Source: Candidatus Babelota bacterium
GTDB taxonomy: Bacteria; Babelota; Babeliae; Babelales; CAIQNR01
Direction: 5' to 3'
Assembly: GCA_965658655.1 (NCBI GenBank)
Contig: CBFHTA010000003.1
Span: 1,883 to 65,882 of the forward strand
Length of the DNA: 64,000 nucleotides
Positions 35,054 to 45,132 of the stretch are shown here, one piece after another. Both the position numbers and the translations under genes were made by a program. The stretch's first letter is position 1. Every line of letters starts with the position of its first letter. The notes beneath the pieces were generated by a model that was given only the letters and a program-made list of their open reading frames with translations, ran no database searches and was not told where the DNA came from.

Positions 35054-35736
35054 TGATGAATATTCGCCACAGTTAAAAAGTTTTCAAATACCTGCTCGGG
35101 CGACTGATCAACATTTATTTGACCAATCGAGTACCCCTCTTTTTTATAGAAATCTAACAGTGCCTGTGCATGGTAGTGATAAGTACGTAATCGTTCCCGA
35201 ATAGTTTCAGGATTATCATCATCACGAGTAACGAGCTTACCCTGACAAAGATCGCATACTCCTGCTTGTTTAGGCTTAAGCGTATCTACTAATGTAGAAT
35301 AAACAGCCTGACAAGATTTATTAGTACACACTTTGCGCGAGCTTAATCGTTTAACAATTACTTCGTCATCAAGCATAAGCTGAAAAACATGTAAGCGTAA
35401 CGCCCCAAACCCTTCATGTCCCAACAGATTAATCAAACCTTTAGCTTGAGCTACGGTTCGTGGAAATCCATCAAGAATGATCGCCAAGGTCGAATCTACA
35501 TTTTTTTCAATCCATTGTGCTACCATGTCAATGATCACATCATCAGAAACTAGTGTACCAGATTTAATAGCAAAATCTATCTCCTGGCCAATCTTTGTGC
35601 CTTCTGACCGGTGCTTTCGGCATTCATTGCCAGTTGAAAGCTCCTTCCAGCCTAAATTTTTAACACAAGCGCGAGATAACGCCCCCTTGCCTGCCCCTGG
35701 TGCTCCCAGAAAAACAAATATCTGCTTAGTACTCAA
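35050..35736 (-). CDS. adk: adenylate kinase (Cys-containing lid)
   Basis: It has the P-loop GAPGAGKG and lid Cys residues CTNKSC...CDLCQG. Confidence 0.9.
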   Translation of the reverse strand: MSTKQIFVFLGAPGAGKGALSRACVKNLGWKELSTGNECRKHRSEGTKIGQEIDFAIKSGTLVSDDVIIDMVAQWIEKNVDSTLAIILDGFPRTVAQAKGLINLLGHEGFGALRLHVFQLMLDDEVIVKRLSSRKVCTNKSCQAVYSTLVDTLKPKQAGVCDLCQGKLVTRDDDNPETIRERLRTYHYHAQALLDFYKKEGYSIGQINVDQSPEQVFENFLTVANIHQ

Positions 35737-37046
35737 CGCGCGCCTCGTGCTTTTAATCTACCTGAAGACAAAAAGCCTTCATAATTGTGCTCAATCAAAT
35801 AAGACTCAATCTGAGACGATGTATCTAGAGCAACACCAACCACAATTAGAAGCGCAGTACCTCCAAGATAAAATGGCATTGAAACAACCGCCGCCATAAG
35901 ATTTGGAAGAATAGCTAAAATACCCAAATAAGTTGCCCCTACTAAGCCAAGTCTTGTTAAGATATGATCAAAAAATTCAGCTGTTTTTCTACCTGGACGA
36001 ATACCAGGAACAAAACCACCACTTTTTTTAATATTGTCTGCCAGTTCTGTTGGATTAAATACTAATGCTGTATAGAAGAAGTAAAAGAATACAATCAAAA
36101 CAAACTGCATAACATTAAACAATAAACCAGTTTGAGACATCTTTTCATAGATCATTGAAAAAAATTTATATTTTTTCGCCAACATCCCAGTAATAGAAAG
36201 TGGAATATTCAATACAGATGAAGCAAAAATAACCGGCATCACACTTGCACTGTTGATTTTAAATGGAATGTACGTATTTTGTCCACCGTATACACGGTTA
36301 CCTATAACGCGTCGAGCATATTGAACTGGAATTTTACGATCACCCTTTTCCAAGAAAACAATACATGCAGTAATAAGAATGAAAGCAATCCAAATTAAAA
36401 CACCTACAACTGCATCAAGACGACCTGTTTGAACTGCGTGAATCGTTTTAATAACGTAATCTGGAAAACGTGCAACGATACCCGCAAAAATAATCATGGA
36501 GCTTCCGTTACCGATACCAAAAAGCGAAATTTGTTCACCAAGCCACATTACAACCATACAACCAACAGACAAAGATAAAATAAAGATAAACCTAAATGTC
36601 CAGTCTGGCTCCAACACAAGACCATAGGATTCAAGTGCTGCTGCGTACATAGAACTGTAAACGATACTAATACCAAGAGCTAAGTAACGAGTATACTGGT
36701 TAATAATACGTCTTCCATAGTCACCTTCTTTAAGAAGTTGCTCAAAATAAGGAATCGTAAACCCTAAAATCTGCATCATAATAGAAGCAGTAATATAAGG
36801 CATAATTCCTAAAGCAAATAAGGTACACTGAGCAAGCGCTCCACCAGAAAACACATCAAGATATCCAAGCAAACCACTTAATTTACTTGCCTGTTGCATG
36901 AAATCACGTAAACGAGTTACATCAACCCCAATAACAGGAATGTAGGTTCCTAATCGGTAAATAATCAAAACACCCAAGGTAAAAAATACTTTTTTTCTTA
37001 ACTCGGCAATTGAGAATATGTTCTTTAAATTTCTTAAAATGACCAC
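35733..37046 (-). CDS. secY: preprotein translocase subunit SecY
   Basis: 437 aa with a 10-TM pattern, in the position between rplO and adk. Confidence 0.95.
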   Translation of the reverse strand: MVILRNLKNIFSIAELRKKVFFTLGVLIIYRLGTYIPVIGVDVTRLRDFMQQASKLSGLLGYLDVFSGGALAQCTLFALGIMPYITASIMMQILGFTIPYFEQLLKEGDYGRRIINQYTRYLALGISIVYSSMYAAALESYGLVLEPDWTFRFIFILSLSVGCMVVMWLGEQISLFGIGNGSSMIIFAGIVARFPDYVIKTIHAVQTGRLDAVVGVLIWIAFILITACIVFLEKGDRKIPVQYARRVIGNRVYGGQNTYIPFKINSASVMPVIFASSVLNIPLSITGMLAKKYKFFSMIYEKMSQTGLLFNVMQFVLIVFFYFFYTALVFNPTELADNIKKSGGFVPGIRPGRKTAEFFDHILTRLGLVGATYLGILAILPNLMAAVVSMPFYLGGTALLIVVGVALDTSSQIESYLIEHNYEGFLSSGRLKARGAR

Positions 37047-37061
37047 TGGTTTAGGCCTTTT

Positions 37062-37502
37062 CTATATAAGATGAATTTCTCCACCACAAGAAGCTATTGC
37101 TTCTTTGGCTCCAGCACTACACGCATCAACAGTTAAATTGATCTTTTTTGCAAGCTTTCCGCGTCCTAATATTTTAACAAGAACACGAGAACTCTTGAGT
37201 AATCCTTTTTCAACAAGAGCATCTTTAGTAACAGCATCACCATCACTAAAAGCAGTATCAAGTTGATCAAGATTTACCAGATAAAATTCTTTTTTAAATC
37301 GAGCATTAGTAAAGCCACGCTTAGGCAAACGTCTATGCAATGGCATTTGTCCACCTTCAAATGCTGGTCCTATTTTTCTACCTGCACCTGAACGAGATTT
37401 TTGCCCTTTGTGTCCTTTCCCGGAAGTACCACCACGGCTACCTCCACGACCAACACGCTTACGTTTGCGCGTGATCTTAACTCTGTCATGTAAATTATTC
37501 AT
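37062..37502 (-). CDS. rplO: 50S ribosomal protein L15
   Basis: It has KRVGRGGSRGGTSGKGHKGQKSRSG. Confidence 0.95.
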   Translation of the reverse strand: MNNLHDRVKITRKRKRVGRGGSRGGTSGKGHKGQKSRSGAGRKIGPAFEGGQMPLHRRLPKRGFTNARFKKEFYLVNLDQLDTAFSDGDAVTKDALVEKGLLKSSRVLVKILGRGKLAKKINLTVDACSAGAKEAIASCGGEIHLI

Positions 37503-38037
37503 GGCTGCCCTTCATAATTTGTTCGACACTTTTTCCACGAAGCTGAGCAATTCTATTAAGTCCACGCAATTGAGACAAAGCATTCAAAGTCGCTTTAACA
37601 ACATTCGTTTGATTTGCTGATCCTAATGATTTAGCTAAAACGTCTTTTACCCCTAAAGCTTCCATCACAGAACGAACTGCACCACCTGCGATTACCCCTG
37701 TTCCCTTTGAGGCAGAACGAATTAACACAGTACTGGCACCATGACGACCCAATACATTATAAGGAACAGTTGCACCTCGAAGAGGAATCTGTATTAAACT
37801 TTTAGATGCACGATTCTTTGCTTTTGTAATAGCCGCAGCAACTTCACGACTTTTCCCTTGTCCAATACCAATACGACCATTTTGGTCACCTACAACTACT
37901 AAAGCAGAAAAACCAAATCGCTTTCCACCTTTAGTAACTTTTGTTACACGACGAACTTTAATTGCATAATCGACCATTGTTGATTGATCTTTTGATGCAT
38001 CTTGTCTTGTACGTTCAGCCATAATTTTATTCCTCAT
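37495..38037 (-). CDS. rpsE: 30S ribosomal protein S5
   Basis: It has VRRVTKVTKGGKRFGFSALVVVGD. The start is possibly at MAERTRQ (38022). Confidence 0.95.
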   Translation of the reverse strand: MRNKIMAERTRQDASKDQSTMVDYAIKVRRVTKVTKGGKRFGFSALVVVGDQNGRIGIGQGKSREVAAAITKAKNRASKSLIQIPLRGATVPYNVLGRHGASTVLIRSASKGTGVIAGGAVRSVMEALGVKDVLAKSLGSANQTNVVKATLNALSQLRGLNRIAQLRGKSVEQIMKGSHE

Positions 38038-38045
38038 CCATCATA

Positions 38046-38405
38046 CTAAATTTCTAAGCCTCCAGCACGAAGACCCTCAGCTAATGCTTTAACTCGTCCA
38101 TGATAAAGACGTGGGCCTCTATCAAATGCTGCTTTTTTAATACCCTTTTCAAGAGCCTTCTTTGCTACCTCAATACCCACTGCATGAGCAATTTCGGTTT
38201 TTGATCCCTTGGCATCTTTAAGTGTAAGAGATGAAACACTCGCAACTGTTGCGTGGTCCACATCTACAATAACTTGTGCATAAATATGTCCGAGACTTCT
38301 AAATACCGAGATTCGTGGAAGCGCTGAGTCATGGTTACGTAAACGATTACGCACCACAAGAGCTCTTTTCTTTTTACGTTTTTTTTCTTTTTTCTGAATT
38401 GACAC
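38046..38405 (-). CDS. rplR: 50S ribosomal protein L18
   Basis: It has PRISVFRSLGHIYAQV and FDRGPRLYHGRVKALAEGLR. Confidence 0.95.
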   Translation of the reverse strand: MSIQKKEKKRKKKRALVVRNRLRNHDSALPRISVFRSLGHIYAQVIVDVDHATVASVSSLTLKDAKGSKTEIAHAVGIEVAKKALEKGIKKAAFDRGPRLYHGRVKALAEGLRAGGLEI

Positions 38406-38436
38406 TTTTAATCCTCTTAAAGCTTAGGTCTTACTA

Positions 38437-38979
38437 TTAAGCACCCTTAGCTTTTCCTGCTTTACGAATAACAATATCTGTTGTCACACGAACACCAGTA
38501 CCTTTATAAGGCTCTGTCGGCTTTAACAAACGAAATTCACCACAAACTTGGCCCATTTTCTGCTTATCAGCAGATTTAACAGTAACAAGCTGGCCTGTTC
38601 TATCAACTTCGATTGTTACACCTTCTGGTATATCAAAATTAATTTTGTGACTGTATCCAAGAGAAAACTCAACTTGTTTTCCTTTGACTACTGCTTTATA
38701 ACCCAAACCGGTAATTTTAACCTGACGTTCGAACTGTTTTGCTGCACCTTCAATTTTACCCGCCAATAGTGCTCTATGCAAACCCCAAATACGGTTCACT
38801 TCACGAACTTTTTTATCTTTTGCTTTAACAAACAATTGATTATTAGCGACTTCAGTTGTCAATTCTTCTGGTAAAACATATACCCCAGAAGCATGTTGAC
38901 CTTTATAGTGAAGCTCTTGTCCTTTAACGTCTAGCGTTATACCTTCGAGCTCAATAGGTTTTCTTCCAATTTTTGACAT
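38437..38979 (-). CDS. rplF: 50S ribosomal protein L6
   Basis: It has MSKIGRKPIEL and GLGYKA...EPYKGTGV. Confidence 0.95.
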   Translation of the reverse strand: MSKIGRKPIELEGITLDVKGQELHYKGQHASGVYVLPEELTTEVANNQLFVKAKDKKVREVNRIWGLHRALLAGKIEGAAKQFERQVKITGLGYKAVVKGKQVEFSLGYSHKINFDIPEGVTIEVDRTGQLVTVKSADKQKMGQVCGEFRLLKPTEPYKGTGVRVTTDIVIRKAGKAKGA

Positions 38980-38990
38980 CTTTTATCCCC

Positions 38991-39392
38991 CTACCACACT
39001 CTGCAAAGTATCTCTCCACCAACTTTGGCAGAAGAACTTTTTGCTTGTTTGTCAGTCATAACACCGCGATTAGTACTAAGGATCGCAATACCAAGACCAC
39101 CAATAACGGGCTTAACGTTTTTAACTTTTTCGTAAATGCGGCGACTTGGCTTACTTACACGCTGAATATCGTGAATAACGGATTCACCCTCAACATATCT
39201 TAGCTCAATCTTTATTTTTTTCCTTAAAGTGTCTGTTGCATCTACTTCAAATCCTCTGATGAACCCTTCTGCTTTAAGAATACGTGCAATCTCTTCATTC
39301 ATTTTAGAATGCGGCGCCTCTGCATACGGCTTAGAAGATTTTATTTTGTTTCTAATGATGGTTAAAAAATTACCAATCGTATCGACTGACAT
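38991..39392 (-). CDS. rpsH: 30S ribosomal protein S8
   Basis: It has DTIGNFLTIIRN and GGEILCRVW. Confidence 0.95.
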   Translation of the reverse strand: MSVDTIGNFLTIIRNKIKSSKPYAEAPHSKMNEEIARILKAEGFIRGFEVDATDTLRKKIKIELRYVEGESVIHDIQRVSKPSRRIYEKVKNVKPVIGGLGIAILSTNRGVMTDKQAKSSSAKVGGEILCRVW

Positions 39393-39415
39393 ACTTATAA
39401 TTCCTTACTCACAGT

Positions 39416-39721
39416 TTACCAACTTGCTTTCTTTACACCAGGCAACAAGCCCTGTAAAGCAAGTTTACGAAATTTAATTCGAGAAAGTTTAAACATTCCC
39501 ATATACCCTCGAGGACGCCCAGTCAGTTCACAACGATTGCGAACACGTACAGGACTTGAGTTGCGTGGCAAAGCTGAAAGCTTAGCCTGAGCTTCTAAGC
39601 GCTCTTGCAGCGAAAGATTTTCATCTTTTACTAAAGTTTTTAAACGAGCACGTTCATCTTTGTGTTTTTGAACAAGTCGTCTACGACGATTATTTTTTTC
39701 TATAGATGATTTTTTTGCCAT
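39416..39721 (-). CDS. rpsN: 30S ribosomal protein S14 (long, Cys-free type)
   Basis: 101 aa: [17 protein letters not shown]...[13 protein letters not shown]...[19 protein letters not shown]. Confidence 0.95.
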   Translation of the reverse strand: MAKKSSIEKNNRRRRLVQKHKDERARLKTLVKDENLSLQERLEAQAKLSALPRNSSPVRVRNRCELTGRPRGYMGMFKLSRIKFRKLALQGLLPGVKKASW

Positions 39722-39730
39722 TCGTTATAC

Positions 39731-40291
39731 CTATTTCTTTTTTTCTGTTTTTGAACGAAACGGCATATTGAAAGACTTTAACAAAGCTGCTGCTTGTTCG
39801 TCGTTTTTAGCCGTTGTACAAATTGTAACGTTAAGACCAAATGCCTTATCTCCACTTGTATCATCTGCTTCAGGAAACACTGACCACTCTTTGACTCCAA
39901 GGTTATAATTACCCTTGCGATCAAATTTTGTTCCTACACCTCTAAAATCTCTAACATTTGGAAGTGCAATGCTGATAAGACGATCAAGAAATTCATACAT
40001 TTTTTTCTTACGCAAAGTTACCATAACACCTAATGGCATACCTTCACGAATTTTAAATCCCGCAATAGATTTTCTTGCTTTTGTTTGAACAACTTTTTGT
40101 CCAGCAATCTTCTCTAGTGTCTTTGCAACCTTTTGCAAAATACGGCTATCTCCAACAGCTTCTTTTACACCTACGTTCAGTACAACTTTAGAAACTTCAG
40201 GCACATTTACAATATTCTTGATTTCTAAACTTTTCTGCAACTCGGCACGAAGCTTTGTATCATATAATTCTTTAAGTCGCGGCTTTGTCAT
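39731..40291 (-). CDS. rplE: 50S ribosomal protein L5
   Basis: It has RLKELYDTK and RDFRG...FDRKGNYNLG. Confidence 0.95.
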   Translation of the reverse strand: MTKPRLKELYDTKLRAELQKSLEIKNIVNVPEVSKVVLNVGVKEAVGDSRILQKVAKTLEKIAGQKVVQTKARKSIAGFKIREGMPLGVMVTLRKKKMYEFLDRLISIALPNVRDFRGVGTKFDRKGNYNLGVKEWSVFPEADDTSGDKAFGLNVTICTTAKNDEQAAALLKSFNMPFRSKTEKKK

Positions 40292-40303
40292 AATCTATAA
40301 CCT

Positions 40304-40615
40304 TTAAATAATCTCTTTGCAACGAGTGCAGATACGTACGCGTTTACCATCTTCTAATTGCTTAGCTCCAACACGTGCGGTCTTTTTACACGAAGAACAA
40401 ATAGGCATCACATTTGGTGCGTATATGTAAGATTCTTCTTTACGAATCCCAGAAGTCTCACCTTGGCGACGAGCTTTAACGTGCCTAGTTACAATACTTA
40501 CCCCTTTAATCTTTACCTTGTCTTTCTTGGGTAAGATAGCCAAAACTACGCCTTCTTTTCCCTTATCTTTTCCTGCGATAACTTTTACTTTATCATTTTT
40601 CTTTATACGCATCAT
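40304..40615 (-). CDS. rplX: 50S ribosomal protein L24 (with CxxC-x19-CxxC)
   Basis: It has the KOW motif KKNDKVKVIAGKDKGKEG. The C-terminal part carries CSSC...CTRC. Confidence 0.9.
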   Translation of the reverse strand: MMRIKKNDKVKVIAGKDKGKEGVVLAILPKKDKVKIKGVSIVTRHVKARRQGETSGIRKEESYIYAPNVMPICSSCKKTARVGAKQLEDGKRVRICTRCKEII

Positions 40616-40634
40616 TTGTCGTTACCTTTATGCT

Positions 40635-41012
40635 CTACAAAACTTCCGGCGCCAATGAAACTATTTTAGAAAAGCCCTTGCTTCCTTTACGAGGACGCAA
40701 TTCACGAGCAACTGGCCCAAAAATACGTGTTGCCACCATTTCATTATCTTTTACTATCACAGCAGCGTTTTCGCTAAAACGAATGTAACTACCGTCTTCA
40801 CGACGAAATTCTTTTTTTGTTCTTACAATTACCGCCGTTACCACATCGCTTTTTTTAACTACTCCACCAGGGATAGCAGTTTTAACTGCGCACTTTACAA
40901 GATCACCTAAATAAGCAAACCGTTTTCTAGTGCTTCCAATAATATGAATACATTGAATTTTCTTTGCACCCGAATTATCTGCAACTACTAAATATGATTC
41001 TTTTTGTATCAT
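40635..41012 (-). CDS. rplN: 50S ribosomal protein L14
   Basis: It has [18 protein letters not shown]. Confidence 0.95.
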   Translation of the reverse strand: MIQKESYLVVADNSGAKKIQCIHIIGSTRKRFAYLGDLVKCAVKTAIPGGVVKKSDVVTAVIVRTKKEFRREDGSYIRFSENAAVIVKDNEMVATRIFGPVARELRPRKGSKGFSKIVSLAPEVL

Positions 41013-41320
41013 AGCTTTTTCTCCACAGATGAAACGCCCAAATCAGACTTTTTAACTACTCGAGTTAAATGCATATGCTTTGTTTTTGAAAGCGGACGAC
41101 CTTCTTGAAATTCAACTGTGTCACCTTTTGCTGCTTCTTCTTTTTGATCATGCACTTTATATTTCTTTTGCACTTTCAAAACTTTTCCAAAAAGCGGATG
41201 TTTAAATTTCCTTGTTACTTCAACAACAATTGTTTTATCCATTTTGTCAGAAACAACTTCCCCAGACAAAACGCGCTTTGTCATTTGTTGCTCTTTTGCA
41301 ACTTTTTTTTCTTTACTCAT
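41009..41320 (-). CDS. rpsQ: 30S ribosomal protein S17
   Basis: It has [16 protein letters not shown]...KHPLFGK and a lengthened C-terminal tail. Confidence 0.9.
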   Translation of the reverse strand: MSKEKKVAKEQQMTKRVLSGEVVSDKMDKTIVVEVTRKFKHPLFGKVLKVQKKYKVHDQKEEAAKGDTVEFQEGRPLSKTKHMHLTRVVKKSDLGVSSVEKKL

Positions 41321-41543
41321 TTGTAAGCTCTTTCTTATCTAAAGTGCCTTCTTGAAGCTTTAAATAGGTGAGCCCTCGTGCAATATTTTTTCGCAATTTG
41401 GTAAATTGAGAAAAATCTTTTACATGAGAAGTTGCTGCATTTAACCTAAGGCTAAGCAGTTGCCTTCTCCACTCAATCACCTTTGCTTTGAGCTCTGTAG
41501 CACCTAATCCTGCAAGTTCTTTAGTGATATTAGTTTTTTTCAT
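41313..41543 (-). CDS. rpmC: 50S ribosomal protein L29
   Basis: 76 aa: EL..K...WRRQLLSLRLN. It sits between rplP and rpsQ. Confidence 0.9.
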   Translation of the reverse strand: MKKTNITKELAGLGATELKAKVIEWRRQLLSLRLNAATSHVKDFSQFTKLRKNIARGLTYLKLQEGTLDKKELTNE

Positions 41544-41962
41544 ACTTTAGCCTCCTGGACCTTCTTAACAAATCGTGTTTTCATAGGAAGCTTCGATTTT
41601 ACTAAACTAAAAATCTCTCTTGCCCGTTCTTCTTTAACCCCTGCTATTTCACAAATAACACGGCCTCGCTTTACTACAGCAACCCACAATTCAGGGTTCC
41701 CTTTACCTTTTCCCATTCGTGTTTCAGCTGGCTTTTTAGTTACCGGCTTATCTGGAAACACTCGTAAGAAAAATGTACCTTCTTTTTTCAATTTACGAGA
41801 CATAGTCACACGAATCGCCTCAATCTGCTGCGCAGAAAGCCATACAGGAACAACAGCCTCTAAGCCATAGTCACCAAAAGCAACGGTGCGACACCCTTTG
41901 GAAATACCTCTACGTTTTCCTCGCTGGACTTTTCTATATTTAGTTTTTTTAGGCATCAACAT
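41540..41962 (-). CDS. rplP: 50S ribosomal protein L16
   Basis: It has MLMPKKTKYRKVQRG and ETRMGKGKGNPE. Confidence 0.95.
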   Translation of the reverse strand: MLMPKKTKYRKVQRGKRRGISKGCRTVAFGDYGLEAVVPVWLSAQQIEAIRVTMSRKLKKEGTFFLRVFPDKPVTKKPAETRMGKGKGNPELWVAVVKRGRVICEIAGVKEERAREIFSLVKSKLPMKTRFVKKVQEAKV

Positions 41963-41981
41963 AATGTTTTCTTTCTATCAC

Positions 41982-42614
41982 TTATGCAAACTGATATTCG
42001 CCACGACCAATCCACACTTTCACACCAATTTTACCGTAGGTTGTTTGAGCTTCAATAAACCCATAGTCAATATCAGCACGTAAGGTATGAAGAGGAACCG
42101 ATCCCATTCTTAACCATTCAGTACGAGCAATTTCAGCCCCATTCAAACGACCAGCACAACAGATTTTAATTCCTTTTGCACCCGCACGCAATGTATTTGC
42201 TGCAGCTCTCTTCATGGCTTTCTTATAGCTACCACGTCGCTCCAATTGTCCCGCAATATTAAGCGCCACTAATGTTGCATCTAAATCGGGATTCTTTACT
42301 TCTTGGACTGAAATTTCAATTGCATTCTTTTTTACAATTTTAGCAATTTCTTTACGCAAGTTATCAATCTCTTGACCTTTTTTACCAATTAAAATTCCTG
42401 GGCGTCCAGAATGAATGATAATCTTTATATTATCGCCAGCCTTTTCAATTTCAACGCGAGAAACTTCCCCGTTACGCAATCGCTTTGCTAGAAAATTTCT
42501 AATCTTCATATCTTCTAGCAATTGATCGCCGTAATTTCTACGTGCAAACCAACGAGCATCCCAATCTCTATAAACGCCGACTCTAAAACCTTTTGGGTTT
42601 ACCTTTTGTCCCAC
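41982..42614 (-). CDS. rpsC: 30S ribosomal protein S3
   Basis: It has MGQKVNPKGFRVG and a KH domain GRPGILIGKKG. Confidence 0.95.
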   Translation of the reverse strand: MGQKVNPKGFRVGVYRDWDARWFARRNYGDQLLEDMKIRNFLAKRLRNGEVSRVEIEKAGDNIKIIIHSGRPGILIGKKGQEIDNLRKEIAKIVKKNAIEISVQEVKNPDLDATLVALNIAGQLERRGSYKKAMKRAAANTLRAGAKGIKICCAGRLNGAEIARTEWLRMGSVPLHTLRADIDYGFIEAQTTYGKIGVKVWIGRGEYQFA

Positions 42615-42615
42615 A

Positions 42616-42966
42616 CTAAGCCTCTTTTGCTTGCTGTTTTGATTCTAATACAACACTGATATGACTAAACCTTCTACGCTGTGGAGCTGCTTTACCCATA
42701 GAACCTGGCTTATAGTAGCGGAAGGAGCGTCCTTGATCTATGGCAATATGTTTCACCAATAAATCTGCATCTTCTACCCCTTGGAGATTTTTTGCATTGG
42801 CTACCGCAGATTCAATCAATTTTTTTATCGGTCTTACGCGCTGCAAAGACTGGGTAGAAAGCCACTGGAGCGCATATGTAGCACTCTTTCCCCTTACCAC
42901 ATCAACAAGTGGTCTTAACTTAAAGGGAGAAAAAGGAATGTTTTTCGATTTTGCTTTAAACTGCAT
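42616..42966 (-). CDS. rplV: 50S ribosomal protein L22
   Basis: 116 aa in the position between rpsS and rpsC: KLRPLVDVVRGK..., GSMGKAAPQRRRFSHI. Confidence 0.9.
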   Translation of the reverse strand: MQFKAKSKNIPFSPFKLRPLVDVVRGKSATYALQWLSTQSLQRVRPIKKLIESAVANAKNLQGVEDADLLVKHIAIDQGRSFRYYKPGSMGKAAPQRRRFSHISVVLESKQQAKEA

Positions 42967-43010
42967 TATAGCCTCAAACTCGTTATATTCATGCTTTTAG
43001 TGTACCGCAA

Positions 43011-43298
43011 TTACCCTTTAGGGGCAACTCCAGCTTTTCGTTGACCACTGTGTAACCTAAATGTACGTGTGGGAGCGAATTCACCTAAGTAATGTCCTAC
43101 CATGTCTTCAGAGATAAACACTGAGACAAATTTTTTACCATTATGTACTGCAATAGTAAGTCCCACAAATTCAGGAATTATCATACTGCGTCGAGACCAA
43201 GTTTTAATGGGCTCTGTTTTTTTATCGGCTTTTGATTTTTGCACCTTTTTAATAAGCGATGCATCTACAAAAGGGCCTTTTCTCGTTGATCGACTCAT
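43011..43298 (-). CDS. rpsS: 30S ribosomal protein S19
   Basis: It has [25 protein letters not shown] and HNGK.F. Confidence 0.95.
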   Translation of the reverse strand: MSRSTRKGPFVDASLIKKVQKSKADKKTEPIKTWSRRSMIIPEFVGLTIAVHNGKKFVSVFISEDMVGHYLGEFAPTRTFRLHSGQRKAGVAPKG

Positions 43299-43315
43299 AG
43301 TTCTCTATTCCCTAC

Positions 43316-44149
43316 TTACTTATTTTTTTTAGACGATGGACGTCGTTTTAAAATAAGCGGATTCTTACGTCTACGGGTTCTTGTACCCTTACAACCTTTA
43401 CCCCATGGAGTTTGTGGATGAGAACCAGACTTTGATCGCCCTTCACCACCACCATGCGGATGATCTACAGGGTTCATAGCCATACCTCGAACAGAAGGAC
43501 GAAAACCTCTCTGACGAGTTCTACCAGCTTTACCCCAAGAAATATTTTTGTAGTCAGCGTTACCAAGTACACCTACAGTAGCCCAACAATCCAAATGCAC
43601 TTGACGCATTTCTCTTGATGGCATACGCAAGGTTGCGTACTCATCGGTTTTTGCCATAAGCTGAACCGAAGTTCCGGCACTACGCGCAATTTTTCCACCA
43701 GAACCTGGTCTAATTTCAATGTTGTGAACAGTGAAACCAACTGGAATACTTCTAAGTGGCATTGCATTACCTGGTTTTGCCTCTATGCTAACACCAGCAA
43801 TAACAGGGCTGCCTACTTTAAGACCTTCTGGAAGAAGAATATAACGTTGTTCACCGCTGTTATAAGCAACTAAACCAATACGTACGTTACGGTTTGGATC
43901 GTATTCAACTGACGTAACTTTACCCGGAATATCTCTTACACTACGCGCAAAATCGATTACACGATATTTTCTACGCGCACCGCCACCACGATGACGAACA
44001 GTAATTCTTCCGTATGCGTTACGACCACCTTTTTTACGTAAGCCAACTGTTAATTTTTTATTTGGTTTCTTCGTCGTAATATCTTCAGAAGAAATAAAGG
44101 TTTGAAAGCGAAGAGAAGCATTTCTTGGTTTTCTTTTTACAATTGCCAT
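43316..44149 (-). CDS. rplB: 50S ribosomal protein L2
   Basis: It has GRN..GRITVRHRGGG and MNPVDHPHGGGEG. Confidence 0.95.
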   Translation of the reverse strand: MAIVKRKPRNASLRFQTFISSEDITTKKPNKKLTVGLRKKGGRNAYGRITVRHRGGGARRKYRVIDFARSVRDIPGKVTSVEYDPNRNVRIGLVAYNSGEQRYILLPEGLKVGSPVIAGVSIEAKPGNAMPLRSIPVGFTVHNIEIRPGSGGKIARSAGTSVQLMAKTDEYATLRMPSREMRQVHLDCWATVGVLGNADYKNISWGKAGRTRQRGFRPSVRGMAMNPVDHPHGGGEGRSKSGSHPQTPWGKGCKGTRTRRRKNPLILKRRPSSKKNK

Positions 44150-44152
44150 ATC

Positions 44153-44497
44153 TTACTCCTTCGCCTGCGCAGCTTGTACATGATCAGTAGCTACCACATC
44201 TGTACCACTTTGTCCTAGAACATCAATTGAGTAACCTTCTTTAAGGGTTACAATTGCTTTCTTTTCATGTACACCTTTGATTGGTCGACGATTTGCTATA
44301 CGATTTTTTGGTTTACGTATGCTAATGCGAACCTTATCAACCTTTACATTAAATAACTTTTCAAGCGCTTCTTTAACCAAAGGCTTATTCGCTTTCATGT
44401 GAACCTTAATAATAAGTTGTTTTAACTTATTATTAACGCGATAAGCTTTATCGGTTATTACCGGGCCTTTGATAATATCATAAATCGTTATGTCCAT
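44153..44497 (-). CDS. rplW: 50S ribosomal protein L23
   Basis: 114 aa: YDIIKGPVITDKA... It sits between rplD and rplB. Confidence 0.9.
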   Translation of the reverse strand: MDITIYDIIKGPVITDKAYRVNNKLKQLIIKVHMKANKPLVKEALEKLFNVKVDKVRISIRKPKNRIANRRPIKGVHEKKAIVTLKEGYSIDVLGQSGTDVVATDHVQAAQAKE

Positions 44498-45132
44498 TGA
44501 GCCACCATAGTTTTAAACGCATCAATGTCTTTCTTAAATACAACCCAATGTCCTGCATCTGACAATACATATGCATTAGGAGCATCCATAAAAACAATAC
44601 GTGCTGAAGGAATATTCAAGAACGACTTTGCCGTTACCAAATCATTAGCAGGAACAAAGATATTAACTTGCTCACCCTTTAGCTTTGCTGTTTTAATTAC
44701 TTCCATTGCTTGTTTTGTATTTGGCTTATCACCTTTAAGGGACCAATCAAGAACAAGCAAACGCTTATTATCTAGCACTCCTTGCAAGATATCTCTTACT
44801 ACTGCATGACGGAGTTTTTTAGTAACCTTTAATGTACGTGTACGTTTTTGTGGTCCAAAAATAACACCTCCACCACGCCATAGAGGAGACTTTACGCTTC
44901 CTACACGAGCACGACCAGTTCCTTTTTGTCGCCATGGCTTTTTTGTAGAACCAGTCACTTGACTACGAGACTGACATCCCACAGTACCCTGTCTCCAATT
45001 ATGCAACAAACCTCTTATAGCTTGTGCAAATGCGCTAGGAGAAAGTGACTCATCGGATTTTGTAATACCAAGATCCTTTGCACCTAACGTTTGATTCTTT
45101 GAAGAACGATCTTCTGTTGTTTTTTGACTCAT
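44488..45132 (-). CDS. rplD: 50S ribosomal protein L4
   Basis: It has KKPWRQKGTGRAR.GS..SPLWRGGG..FGP. Confidence 0.95.
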   Translation of the reverse strand: MSQKTTEDRSSKNQTLGAKDLGITKSDESLSPSAFAQAIRGLLHNWRQGTVGCQSRSQVTGSTKKPWRQKGTGRARVGSVKSPLWRGGGVIFGPQKRTRTLKVTKKLRHAVVRDILQGVLDNKRLLVLDWSLKGDKPNTKQAMEVIKTAKLKGEQVNIFVPANDLVTAKSFLNIPSARIVFMDAPNAYVLSDAGHWVVFKKDIDAFKTMVAQWT

